From: Octopus bimaculoides
Taxonomy: Eukaryota
Assembly: GCF_001194135.2 (NCBI RefSeq)
Contig: NC_068991.1
Coordinates: forward strand, 40,399,423-40,463,422
Reading direction: 5' to 3'
DNA length: 64,000 nt
Every line of letters starts with the position of its first letter. The first letter of the stretch is position 1. Shown piece after piece: positions 24,241 to 37,147 of this stretch. A program made the translations under genes and the position numbers. The notes below the pieces were generated by a model. That model was not told where the DNA came from, ran no database searches, and saw only the letters and a program-made list of their open reading frames with translations.

Positions 24241-27013
24241 GAGAAGAGAAAAATGGTATCATCTTTTGTTTCCTAATGTTGAACTAATATAGTGCTTAGT
24301 GTGTCATTTTACTGTTTTCACTGCATCTCTTGCATTATTATTATTATTATTGTCATTATGTCCAGTTTTCAGGTTTTGTTTAATTTATGTAATTGTATTT
24401 TTGGTCTGTTTAGTTAAGGTTGATGGAGTGTGTGTGTATGTTTGAAAAATATATGCTTGTGTGATGATGATGATGAGTTTAGATCAGTTTACTAGTGTAG
24501 CAATGTGAAGTCAATGTATCAATATAGAGTACAGATAAATAAACTTGGTCAGTATATGGTCTTTAACAAGTCCTGAATGAAAACTAAGAAACCAAGGAAT
24601 CTTAGCAATACACTCTAGCAAAATCATCTTACATACAACATGACAAGTATGAATATGTTAGAATATTTGAATTAAGCAAGAAACTTGTGACATTCAAGAT
24701 TCATAACAATAACTATTAACTAATTTTTGGTTACAAATGACTAAGGAATATAGATTCTTTAATGCTCAAAATACCAACATTAGTATCAAAAGCCCAGAGA
24801 GAAACTATTGTAAGTTTTACATTCTGGCAAAGAACTCTATGAGCTGTAAAATTTTTGTTGTTATTTCTCATTGATTGGTTTTTCATATCCTGCTTGTGTA
24901 GATAACTTCTCAGAGCTGGTCCTGAGTAAATTAACTTGTATGTTCAGTTTTTCTCAAGTAGCAGTTATAAATACTTAGGTAACATATTCACTTAGTGTAG
25001 ATCCTGATGTAACAGGTATTCTGGAATGTCTCCTATTCTTTTGTTCTGAATCTTCCATTCTTCTCTCCAGCTAAAATAGAAGAGTTATTTGTAATGGATA
25101 ACAATATATAACATAGATAACCTTAAACTGTGCTAGTCAATATTTCATGCATTTAACCGGAAAATTTTGTCAAAATCCAAAAGAATACCTACTTTGAAAG
25201 AGGAGCCATGAACAGTTACAATCAAATTATAATACTAATAATAAAAAATTCCTTACATTTTACCTCATCAAAATCCTGAACTGGACTTAATTTTAAACTT
25301 AAATTTATTGTGTCTGATATCCAAAATCTCCCAACATCTCTGGAGAGATGTTGGGGAGATTTTCCACATACACAGATATGACATTGTTATTGCTACACTG
25401 CATAAATTATACGCCATTTCTGCTAATCATAACAAATGCACTTTAGCCTGAACATTATTTCCCTGTACCCTCTCTACCAGCTCAGTTATGTCGACAATGT
25501 TATTTATGATTCCATTTTAAGTGGCTGGATTGACATTGTATTTGAGATTATCAGGCTCAAGTATTGGTTTCTGTCCTACAACCCACTTCTCCAGCACTGA
25601 GTAAAGTATTTTCTTTTACCAGATGATTTGGTAACACCTTTTATCTCTTCAGTTCAAAACATGTTTGGTAGAGTTTAATTTTAGAATTTAACATGTATAA
25701 TTTATAATTTCTCTAAAGTTCTAGTTAGCTTGTCACCAAGTGATCCCTATCATATTTTGAAACTTAATTTACAAGGAAATGCTTAGTGCTTTGTTTTAGT
25801 ACAAAGCAATTTTTACCACTTAGTCTTGTAACTCTTCACTGATATAAATTTGTTAATTATTAATAATGTTAATTGTTTCTATAGGGTAAAAAGAAGCATT
25901 TGATTAATGGTTGCTTTTATTCTGTTGAATCTAAGTCAGTCCAGTGATGAATGATTCATTCCTACAATTTAGTTGTGTTGGCAGAATCTAAGAAATGGTA
26001 TCCAGCAGCTCCAATAGATGACTATCCTGGTTGACTACAATTATATAATGAACACAATGACTATGCTAAACTATTGATCATATTGGTGATGAGTTCAAAC
26101 CCAAATTATTGCTAATTTGCTTATACATTACTATTCTACCTTGCCTGATTGATAAATTGATAACATATGTTGCATTCCAACTTAATCAAAGATCATCCAA
26201 CTGTAAAAAATAATTGCTACAACAAAAACCATTCTACAATTTGCGCATGAAAAACAGGCATAATTCCTTTAATTGCTTTAACAGACTTTCACAATCAACA
26301 AATTTAGTATTTAATTCTGGTTTTAGTTACATTAAGCAGATGAGTCAAATCTCCCATGATAATATACTAGTTTATTGCTGATATTTCTTCTTACAGGTAG
26401 AAATATCAGTCAGTACTGCAAATCAATAAATCCCGTTGTTAATTTTACAGTGAGGTTGCTACTTGCATAAATAAGTTATACAGCTCTGCATTACTTAATT
26501 CCAACTAGATAGACTCAGTGATTGCAAGTTGTGTATCTTGTCCTCAAACCCAGTGCAGTGATGTTATATGAACTACTAACCACAGGAGTTATTGTCCATT
26601 ATTGGTACATTTGAAAATGGATGTAAAATTGCATCTGTGACTGCTACAAAAGTACATAAATGTTTATTTCACAGTGTACCTGGCTTAGTGATAAGGGGTT
26701 CCAACTACCCAAATCTCAGCAATATAAACATGAGAAATTCATATACAATAATATACATTTATTAGCAATAATAACTAAACCATGTAAATAAACAGATAGA
26801 AAAATAAACCAGTGAGAAGAAAAACAAATACACACGTCTCATAACACCTCAGCATATTTCCTTTCTACCACCAATTTTTAATTTTTTTTGTTTGTTTGTC
26901 TTGCTTTATACCTTCATCAGCAAAGGCATGCATTCACAGTTCTAGATTGTCAAAACCACATACCTTAAACCAGCTAAAGAATAAATAGTCAGACAGTTAC
27001 TTGTTACACTCAC

Positions 27014-27180
27014 TCAGAAAATGTAAAGTTCAGTTCCCAACCACATAGTTTCAGGTTCCGTCCCACTACACAGTATTTTGGGTATGTTTATTTTGTACTG
27101 TACCTCTGGACCAACCAAAGCTTTGAATGAGATTGGTTGATGAAAATTGAAAACATGTGAATGTGTATGTGTGTGTGTGC
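27014..27180 (-). mobile_element. SINE family 1 head fragment
   Basis: agttcccaaccacatagtttcaggttccgtcccactacacagtattttggg...ggaccaaccaaagctttgaatgag matches the family-1 head in the + orientation, with a short reverse-oriented remnant. The orientation is uncertain. Confidence 0.45.
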
Positions 27181-30055
27181 ACATGCATATGTCTGTATGT
27201 TTGTTTGCAATTGCATTTATATGAAAGTCATGACATTCAAGTGTTGTTGCTGTTAGTATTTCTGTCAATAAATCATTGATTTGCTTTGTATCTTCAAAGT
27301 GGTATGAAATAAAAGATTTCTTACTTAAAAAAACTAAGAGTTAGCATCAGGTAGGACATCTAGCCATAAAACAATAACTAATACTAATATTTACCTAGCT
27401 CACACTAGCTTTGAAAAATGGATCTTGATATATAAAATATGCTTGTACTTGAATTTTTCCCTTTCTTATTAGTTGATATTGACTATTTATATGTTAATCA
27501 CATATTGTTAGCAAATGCAAAAGATCTGCAGTAAATAAAGTAAAATTAGTTATGTCTACTCTCTCCCTTTCTCTCGTGTGTGTGTACAAGAGAAGAGAAG
27601 GAGAGCAAGTGAGAGAGAGAGAGAAAGGAAAAGATAGTAGAAATTGTTTCATCACCTGCATGATTCAAACACTTAGTGAATTCAATCTCCAGGCATCCTC
27701 TTATCTGTGTGAAGAGAATAGCATTATAAGAAATAGCACCAGGTTCATCAGCAAGGAAATCCAAATGTTCTCAGATATTTGGATTTCTTTGCTGTAAATT
27801 CTAAAACTGTGCTAACCACTACACCAAAGTGACAACCCAACATTGATTGACCAAATTAAGAGTCTTAACCTAAGTAGCTAAGATCACATATATCTTTCAA
27901 TTTTGGTGGATTTGGTATGGAGGAAAGTGTTGTGTCCCTGACCATAACAGACCCTTTGAGATCTATGAGATCAATGTGTTTAACATTCCACATGAACAGT
28001 TACAACTCTGTTGAGAAAATCTGCGCAGGGAGCTTAAGAAGGTTGATGTTCTATTGGAAGGATTGTGATGGTTGGTATGGAATTGAGAAGTTGGAGATCT
28101 ATATACTTGGGTGTATGATTCATGGAGACATATGATATTACTCAAATGTTTTGTGATTCAGCTAAATGGTGTGTACACCAGCAAAACCATATTGTACAAA
28201 AATTACCATAGAATGCAATAAAGGCCAATCCATAAATTTGTAATCATTAGTCATAAACATTACAGATGGATGAAACTCTTGTCTTTTTAATATACCTGAT
28301 AATTATTGTGACTGGAAAACAACACTTGTTAATATAAAAACATTTAGATATAAACAGTAATATTTGAAAGTAGTTTTAGCATGCTTAACCAATGATACAA
28401 AACTGATGGTAATATTTTTACAAAAATCTAAGCAAAAAGAAAATGTTCCCAAGTGGAGTTACTATTCAAAGTGATAGATGAACAAAACATTATCACATAT
28501 TTGGCTGGCTAAAAGGACCAGGGTCTCTTCTTTAGTCAAAATCATTACTTACATGATACCAGTTCCATTTACAATTGTGTGAATCTGTAAAGATGAAATT
28601 TCAGGAAAATGAAACCATGTAGATAATGATTCTTGAAGGTTGTACATCATTTCTATACTTTTACATTGTGGAATTTCTAGTGCAATGGTTGGAACAGAAG
28701 CAGAACTGCTGTAGAAGTAACTTTTAAGACAACAGAACAAGCACATACCTAACCCACATAACAGATGGGAATTATTATAAAACTGATGTTCACTTTTGAT
28801 GTTGATGATGATAACAACAACATTATTATATGTTCAAGAATGGCAGTGATGACAGAAGTTTTAAGCTTTGGTAACAATGATTAACTATAGATTGTCCCAA
28901 ATAATTCCATGGATTCATGAAACCATCTCTGAGTGATGCAAATGTATTTTAAAATTCATTCATAAACAATTCTTAAATGTTTATCTCATTCTTGCATGGT
29001 GTCATAAATTTAAATATACATGCCTTACACACGTGTGAACACATGCACAGTTCTATATCTGTTGTCTGTCAGTTTAATACTTATTAGAGCTGCATCTATT
29101 GTCAATCAATCAGAAGTGGCAAGTTAAAAGTACTGCTAATTCTGTTCTAGGCATTGATCTCAGAAACACATTGTTGTAGTAGCTAAGTTTCCAGAACAAT
29201 ATTGGCAATGATTGGAATTATTTCAGCTAAATGTGTTTAAACATAACCATAAGTAAAGTTGTTAACAGTATTCATGAGAAGCAATATGAGATCTATGTAC
29301 AGGTCAATGGCTGAAGTCAAAATATAAACATAAAGGTGCTAACTCTAATAATTCATATAGTAATTTTTTTTTTTTACAACAGATATTTATTTATTCTTTG
29401 TTTACACTGATAACCTTCTTGCAATTACTTCAAACCACGCCTACTCCTATTCATTTTATTCATTTTATCTAACACCTTTCACTCCTCTTCATCCTTCTAT
29501 ACACAGGTGTAGAAATTAGAGTGCAAGAGTTATCTACACTGCATATGGGTTACATGCAGCATAGATAACTTTCATCACACATACATTATTCTTATGAATA
29601 TTCTGCAATTTTAGATTCATTTACCAGAAGTCACAACACATTGCTCTACTCATGTATCTGCAACAGTACAACTGCCATTCATATCTATTCAAAAATACAT
29701 CCAAATGAAAGTGAGAAGTCTTCACTCAACAAGCTACAACCTTTGTATCCACTCTCACTTTTAGTTTCTTCTGAACTATCCTAAACAATATACTGTCCTA
29801 AGCCTACTTAACATACTTGCACTTCATTCTTTTATCATTCTCCTCATAAAAATTAGATAATTCTTCTTCTTCAAATCTGCTGTCTTTGATGCTTGCTTCC
29901 CTATCAATATCCCCTAGTTGAATTCCATATATATCAGCCTCACGAATCTTGGCAATCATTTATATGAACACTGCTACCCATCTGAATAACAAAAAAATTA
30001 TGTAATAGTTTATCTCTTTGTTTCTTACACTAAATAATTTGTATCATTTTTACAG

Positions 30056-30181
30056 GTGATTTGCTTCCCTCTGATGGTGTCCTTATTCAGTGCAATGATT
30101 TAAAAATAGATGAAAGTTCGTTGACTGGTGAATCTGACCATGTGAAAAAGAGTGTAGAGTGTGATCCTATTCTCTTATCTG
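30056..30181 (+). CDS. PMCA: PMCA coding exon C: actuator domain with TGES motif (126 nt, phase 1-1)
   Basis: Translates as (G)[42 protein letters not shown], with TGES at 30124-30135. The acceptor is tcatttttacag|GT and the donor is TCTG|gtgagt. Confidence 0.96.
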
Positions 30182-30736
30182 GTGAGTTTCCTTTTTATAA
30201 ACCATTTTCTAATTTCATTACATCAGTCTCCATTATGATGGGTTCTGAAATTTAAAATGAAATGATTTCTTTCTAATGGTATTATGTATGATGTTTTTCA
30301 CTCAACTACATAATGTAAGTTATTTTTTAACTGCACCGAGCTTCAGTATTCTGCAGTTTTTATCACTAAAAATTTATATCATGCCATAAAAAATAGGAGT
30401 CCTCCTTTATCTGGTTAATTCTTATCAAAGGTTTTTATCTATATCTTAGCATTTTATAAGGTGAAACATTTTTTTGCTTTCAAGGTTCAGACAATTTCTG
30501 ATATTGCCTTAATTATTCTTAAAATTACTTTGTAGTAAATCTGTAATACTGCATGGTTTTATATTTTGACAATATGCAAACATAATTATTTGTAATCTGT
30601 AACTACAAGTTCACTTTCATTTATATATATATATTTAGTGATATCTATGAGAATTCCATGCTTTAATTTAAAAGTGCAGCTAGAGTTTAACTATCTAAAT
30701 ATTTTGTTTAAAAAAGAAATATAGTTCAGCCATTAA

Positions 30737-30945
30737 CCCTTTTGTTACCATATTTCTGTCAACATGTGCCGTCTTTGTTTCAATTAATTTTTAAAATAAT
30801 GAAGTATTTAGTAAAATAACTTTCTCGTTATTAAGCTTGGATCTGGAACAAATTAGCATAAAATTTTTATAGAAAATTATAATTTAGACGACTTTAAAAT
30901 AGTAAGTTTATGTCATGGATTGAAACAAGTCATCAAGTAAAAGAG
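30737..30945. mobile_element. TTAA-flanked MITE, family M2
   Basis: ttaa|cccttttgttaccatatttctgt...tttagtaaaataactttctcgttattaagcttggatctggaac matches 62759-62962. Confidence 0.65.
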
Positions 30946-31125
30946 GAGAAAAATCAGAATATGTTATGCAATGTTATTACCTGTTTGGACTAATAAACAA
31001 GCCACAAGCATATCTGAACTGGTAATAACATTGCATTTATACATATCACTGCTTAGCGATCCTACTTCATAGAATATATTATGTTATATTAATGAAAATT
31101 TTGGGGTTTTTTTTTCCTTCACTAG

Positions 31126-31269
31126 GAACTCATGTAATGGAAGGAAGTGGTAAAATGCTAATTACGGCTGTGGGCATTAACTCTCAAACTGGCATCATTT
31201 TTGCTCTGCTTGGTGCATCTAATCAAGATGACAAAGAAACAAAGAAAAAGAAGAAAGGTGAAGAAGGAG
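31126..31269 (+). CDS. PMCA: PMCA coding exon D: end of the actuator domain and Lys-rich first intracellular loop. It ends at 31257 or 31269 (two in-frame donors).
   Basis: Translates as (G)[43 protein letters not shown](GEEG). The acceptor is ttttccttcactag|GA. The donors are AAG|gtgaag (31258) and GAG|gtaact (31270), both phase 1. Confidence 0.93.
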
Positions 31270-31718
31270 GTAACTTTATATTTTTATTATGTAACACAAA
31301 ACAGCTTGCTTTTTTGAAGAAAAAAAATTACAATTCATAGATTCTATTGCTTTTTGTATACTCCAAAAAGTACTTTGTTCCTGATATCTTAATATTTTTC
31401 AGGAAATACATCAGTCAAATTATCTTTCTTTGTCAAAACTTTAAAACCATTATATGGATGGATTGTGTATATATTGAAATTTGTAGTAAGTCTTCAGTAA
31501 AAAAAATTGAGACACTAAGTTATTGTAATTGTGCAAAATACATAATTAGTGCTAATGGATAAAAGTTCATTCTTATCCTTTCCTTCCGGTTTGTTTTTAT
31601 GGCTGTAGTGGATCTCCATCATTCAACCATAAGGCTTTAGTTGTTCAGTCAACTGAATTGCTTGCTCCTGAATTAATGTGTAAAAGATTGGGCATCCCAT
31701 AGACATAGGTACTCTCAA

Positions 31719-32095
31719 CCCTTTAGCATTTAAACTGGCTATATCTGTCCAAAATATTCTACCTGTTTTATGTTGAAACCAGCTAGATCTCATACTTATT
31801 CTTCAATGTTGTTCTAAAATTAAACAGTCACATGCACATAAAAAGCACTAAGTCCACTCTGCTGAGTGGTTGGTGTTAGGAAGGACATCCAGCTGTAAAA
31901 ATCCTGCCAAAACAATCACAGAAGTCCAGTGCAGGCTTCAGCCTGGCTAGCTCTTGTGGTACCATCCCACCCATGCTAGCATGGAACACAGACGTTAAAT
32001 GATGATGATAATGATCACTGGAATCTCCAAGCTACACAAAAGTGTATTATTAATTCAAAACAATGGGAATAAATATGAACATAATTTACAGTAGG
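31719..32095. mobile_element. MITE family M1 carrying a nested RTE-tail insertion (~31834-32014)
   Basis: The MITE left half (ccctttagcatttaaac...ttctaaaattaaacagtcac) and right half (ggaatctccaagctac...taattcaaaacaatg) are split by gtggttggtgttaggaaggacatccagctgtaaaa...gacgttaaatgatgatgat. Confidence 0.78.
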
Positions 32096-33096
32096 TTAAA
32101 CATAATTTACAAGCGGAATAATTGTGAAAAGGCTATTCTTTTAAAATTTTAAATCAGTTAATATCACCAAATTTTCCTCTGTTCAGAGGACTTACTTTTT
32201 AGAAGTAAGCAGTGAGATACAATTGCTGTATGTTAACATTGATCTCCTAACCACAATCTTGAGTGTCATCCGTCAACCATTATATTGTGCTTTGAGCCAA
32301 CAAATGTAATCCTGCTTGTAACAGTTTGCATGATTGATAAAGAGGTCTACTCCTATTTATTGGACTGGATTACTGGCATTAGATAACTCATCTTGTTGTA
32401 AGGACTTCAAAAATATCCAAATTCAAAGAAAAAAAGATCCTTACAAAATAAGCTTAAAATACATATACATAGATATAAACATTGAAAACCTACCAAAATT
32501 ATTAAGATGCATAGCAGTAACTTAGTTACATTTGGAAGATGCTTATAAATAGGGATGTACATTTAGTAAATTTGATATTAATGATAGCAACAATAACAAA
32601 AGGTTCAGATAATATTATACAAAGTACCAGCTTGAGAGAAGATCATGAATTAGTAGTGATGAGGAAGTCTCTATACAGATTTCTCATTTCCATCATCATA
32701 AAAAGGCAAGCGTTTACATATACATCCTGATTTCTTGGTCAAACTACTGCCACATTCACTGACCATATTTAATGCTTCATGACATTTCGAAAGAGAATAC
32801 AAGACTGGAACTTAGCCTGGAAAGGAAAGAAATAAAGGAAGTCAAAAGCTAAGACTGTTTGACCAGGTGAATTTTTGTTGCTGAATTTGGACACTATTGT
32901 GAACTTATAATAAAATTTTAGTTTCTTTTTGACCTAATTGAAATATTCAAGATGTTCAAATATTGAAAGTTTACATAAATTTCAAGAAAATACATACTCC
33001 ATTCTAAACAAGCAAAAAAGTAGGGATTTTTTTTTATCTACTATATTCAAAACAACTGTATGTTAATTTATATGAGTGTGTGTGTGTGTATATATG

Positions 33097-33131
<35 letters not shown>

Positions 33132-35967
33132 ATTTATATAAAATATTGTTAGCATAAAATATATTAAACTGACAACATTGTTGTATGTGGATATGTCTAT
33201 GTACATTGATCATATTTGCCAGTTAATTAGCTTCATAAATACTTGTCATTGATAACTTATCAGATTTCTCTATTTCAGCAGGAACTTCTAATTTCAATTG
33301 TTTCTTTCAATTTAGGTGTATTGAATTGTGTCATCTGCAGCTATTCATAGAACACACTTCTAAAGAGTCTTCTTTTTCAGGTCCAATTTACAGCACTGCT
33401 TCTCTCTCAAATTTTTCTAAATTTGATGATTTTTGTAAGCACACGCTCAGAGATTGATTTAAAATTCTAGTTGTCTCACTTTAAAGAAAAAATGCTGTCA
33501 AGTCTGATTCCATCTCACTCCCACTTTAAAGCTAATTATATAGAAGCTTCTGGCAAAGCATTAATATTAGAGCACCACAATCTTTAAAATTCAGCATCCA
33601 TAGTAAATATCCAGAAATATGCAGTGAAACAGTTGAGGCATGTTTATTCAGATGATCTGGGTGTATAATTCGGAATAAAAATTCAAAGAAGGATGTGGAT
33701 TCCAAAAGTCCATAGAGAGTTAAGGTGTTAAGAAAGAAATGTGAAGAATTTTAAGAAAAGGAAGACATCTGGAAGAATGGTATTAAATATTGGGCTGAAA
33801 TACTGATGAAAGGTTGTTATAGAAGGCAATCAAAGAGAAGGCAAAGATGATATTGGATTGAACTAGAATCAGTTAACCTTAAATTATATGTTCCTGTCAC
33901 TTGAATGTTACTTTGAAACTATCATTTTCATGGGAGGTGGGGGGAAATCCTCACCTCCTCCACTTCTCTCTGTATTCAAATGCTAGGTTTTCTACATATA
34001 ATGGGGAATTTCCTAAGGTTATATCAGCTGTAATAAAATATATTGACTGTTATATTTTTACAACAGTGGTTGATGTAAACTTTTCTTAGTGAAAATTACC
34101 AAAACTTGCTTTTAGTTTTAAAATATGAGTTTCAAAATTAATTCCAAAATATCACTGAGAGCATGTTGACCCTTTTAGGGGTTCCAAATAAAATAGTTTT
34201 CTTTCATTTTTTTCTCTACTTCATAAATCTTTACTAATTTTCATATTAAAATTAAGGTATTAATTTATTAACATATGAAAATATATAATTAAGATAAATA
34301 AATTGTATATTGCTGCATGTTTTGGTATCTTTTCTGTTAATTGCTTTAATGAATATTAAATATGAATGTCCCATACTCTTACCTTTATGCTACATTTAGT
34401 CAAAAGCTAAATGAACAGCTGACAAAAAAAAGAATTTTTATCTAAGAAACAAATTTCTTTGAACTCAGTTAAACATCTAAAAAAGAATTAAGCACTATTG
34501 ATTAGCTGTTTAATCTTTTTTTATTGTTTTGTTTTTTTATATATAAGACCAAAGGTGAAATGAAATAGGTTTCAGAATAAACAGGTTTAGAGCCAATCAA
34601 ATCAATTGTATTCTTCTACTGACTTAGGAATAGTCGAACTTACAATTTAAGAATTAGTTAAAGATGTTTCTATTTAAATGATGAGGAAATAATTTTTTTC
34701 TCCACTCCCAGATGCATAAATGAATTATTTTTCAGTTTCCTTTTTATTAGTTTTTTTTTTATAATTTCATATTTTATTTCAAATGTATTGTGCATGTTAT
34801 TCTTTTGAGCTTGTCTTCATGCAGGTGAATTTTATTGCAAATTCTTTTTTTTTTATTGACAAGCATGCTTAGCATCCTAAAACAACTCTAAGCATCTCAA
34901 TTGGTCTGCACTGTGATTTAAAATTAGCTCTTAAAATATAGAAGTATTGATTAGTTTGCCTAATATAAAATCTTTAGAATGTTGCCATTTAAGTACCTGC
35001 TAAGAAATATACAGATTTTAAAAGAAAAAAAAAAGATAATGTAATTGGGAAAGTTTGATCCGGCAGTTTTATGCTGACTTTAATGCCAGTTTACCATTTA
35101 GGTTTTTTTGTTTTTTTTAAATCTGAAATCTAAATGTTTGGTATTATTTGTTACCAAATACATACATCAGCCAAAATATATTAACCTGGCTACTAAACTC
35201 TGCAGGTTTTTCTGCACAAAATTGGTATTTTTATTTTCAAAATCAATAGGATAGTATTGTTATTTATAGATTCATAGTATAAAGTATTCTCATCATTGAT
35301 ATAAATGATTATATAATCCAAACATGTAATATTTCATACATCTGAGTTGTTTCCAAAACAGTCAAAATGTTGAGTAACTTTACATGCAATTGATGGGTAA
35401 CCTACCTAAGGTCATTCAATCATCTAGAAATAATAAGCTAAATCTTCCCCCCAGATCATACTTGCTTTGCTATACCATCTTAAGAAGAAAAAAAAAGGCC
35501 TGTCCTTAGTTCCTTGCACATAGAAAAAATATAGGATGGTCATGACTGGAATGCCTTTTGATCATAAACCTTTTTGATCAAGGCTTAGAGCTAAACAAAA
35601 ATAACTGTATATTCATAGGTTATAGTGCCTAATTTGCAATTATAGTCTTTTTATTTCTATGAAATGAATATATTATGCACATCTACATACCATACAGTCA
35701 TACAGAAATTTTTTTTTAATATTCTTCCATGTGTGTTAATACTTAATTTTTAGTTCATAAATTTACAGTGATGGCAATTATTTTTCTACCTAAACATTAT
35801 TCTTTGACAAACTCCTTAACTTACTGGCTGCAATCATGTCATTATTATAGCAACTGTAAATCCTTAAAAACTAACCAATCGGTTTATAAGTTGTATTTGA
35901 TAGTTAAGCAAGAGAACATTTCAATTAATGGCTTGTATTTATACAAATTTTAATTAAAATGCTTCCT

Positions 35968-36400
35968 TATCATCATTTTAATGTCTGCTTTTTCATGCTT
36001 GCATGGGTTGGACAGAGTATATTGAAGCAGATTTTCTACAATCAGATGCCCTTCCTGTTGCCAACCCTCACTTGCTTCCAAGCAAGGTGTCTTTCTCCAT
36101 GGTCAGACATGATTTCATAGATTATTGGAAATGAATGACACAGCTTGTGTGACATTGAAATTCATTTACAACTATCACATAATGTCATGACAAGGAGATG
36201 CAAACATACATACACACACATACACACATGCATATGTATGTATATAGACTACAAACCTGTTTCAGTTCTGCCAAATCCTCTAGCAAGGCTTTGGTTAGCT
36301 TGGGACTACAGTAGAAGACACTTGGTCAAGCTATACAGTGGGACTGAACCCAAAACCATATGGCTGGGAAGCAAACTTCTTAATCAAACAGACACGTCTG
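35968..36400 (-). mobile_element. Composite SINE (family-1 head and RTE-type tail), second copy
   Basis: catcattttaatgtctgcttt...gatgcccttcctgttgccaaccctcac...tttacaactatcac...(CA)n...ttcagttc...cagtgggactgaacccaaaaccatatggctgggaagcaaacttcttaa. Confidence 0.75.
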
Positions 36401-37096
36401 TGTATGTATGTATGTATGTGTGTGTGTGTGTGTGCGTGTATGGATAGTTACAAATTGCTCAGATTGTAGTTGACACTTAAATTAATAGGTTACACTATCT
36501 CTAAAGTAGATAAATTCTAATGAAGAAAGTATTAAAACTTTTATATGGTCATAATTGATTTACAATGTACCTGTTTCCTACATGTTAGAAATAAAGAGAA
36601 AGATAGTCACATTTCCAGTATAACAAAAAAAGAGAATTAATCATTTTAAGGTCATCAAGATCAATTAAAATTATATTTCTCTTTATAATCGATCAGCAAT
36701 CAACATATCAAATCGTTTGCCATTGACAAACATAAACGCTTCAATGCATTCAATTTTCAAAATTTAACAGTTTATTTCTTCTTTCTTTCTTTTTTTTTCC
36801 TACTATTTAACATAAAATATTTCTGCTAGAGACAATTAGTGTATCTTATCCAGTGCTCCCCTTCCCCCCTCTCCACCTCCAAACTTTGCATGTGTATATG
36901 TTACCCACCTCATGTATTTAACATTGTTTTCATAATAGGTGTTCTGCCAAGTTTTGCTACTGCAGCCAGACCTTGGTATATAAGTGTTTGTTACTTGCTA
37001 GTGTTTACATTTAATCTTATGGTTTGCTAGGAATCATTTCGGCAGTTTCTTGTTTGGATTAACTCTAGAAATAGACAATAACCAATAATTGTTGTT

Positions 37097-37103
37097 GTTA
37101 TCA

Positions 37104-37145
<42 letters not shown>
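37097..37145. repeat. (TAT)n microsatellite
   Basis: tatcatcattattattatt... run. Confidence 0.95.

Positions 37146-37147
<2 letters not shown>

Noticed and set aside
27910-28135. 72-aa ORF with a YILG/YLGV-like motif
   Set aside because: Too degenerate to assign. It may be a retroelement remnant, but there is no supporting motif series.
36939-36983. 45-nt open frame GVLPSFATAARPWYI after cataatag|
   Set aside because: The only frame-preserving donor (TAA|gtgttt) is very weak.
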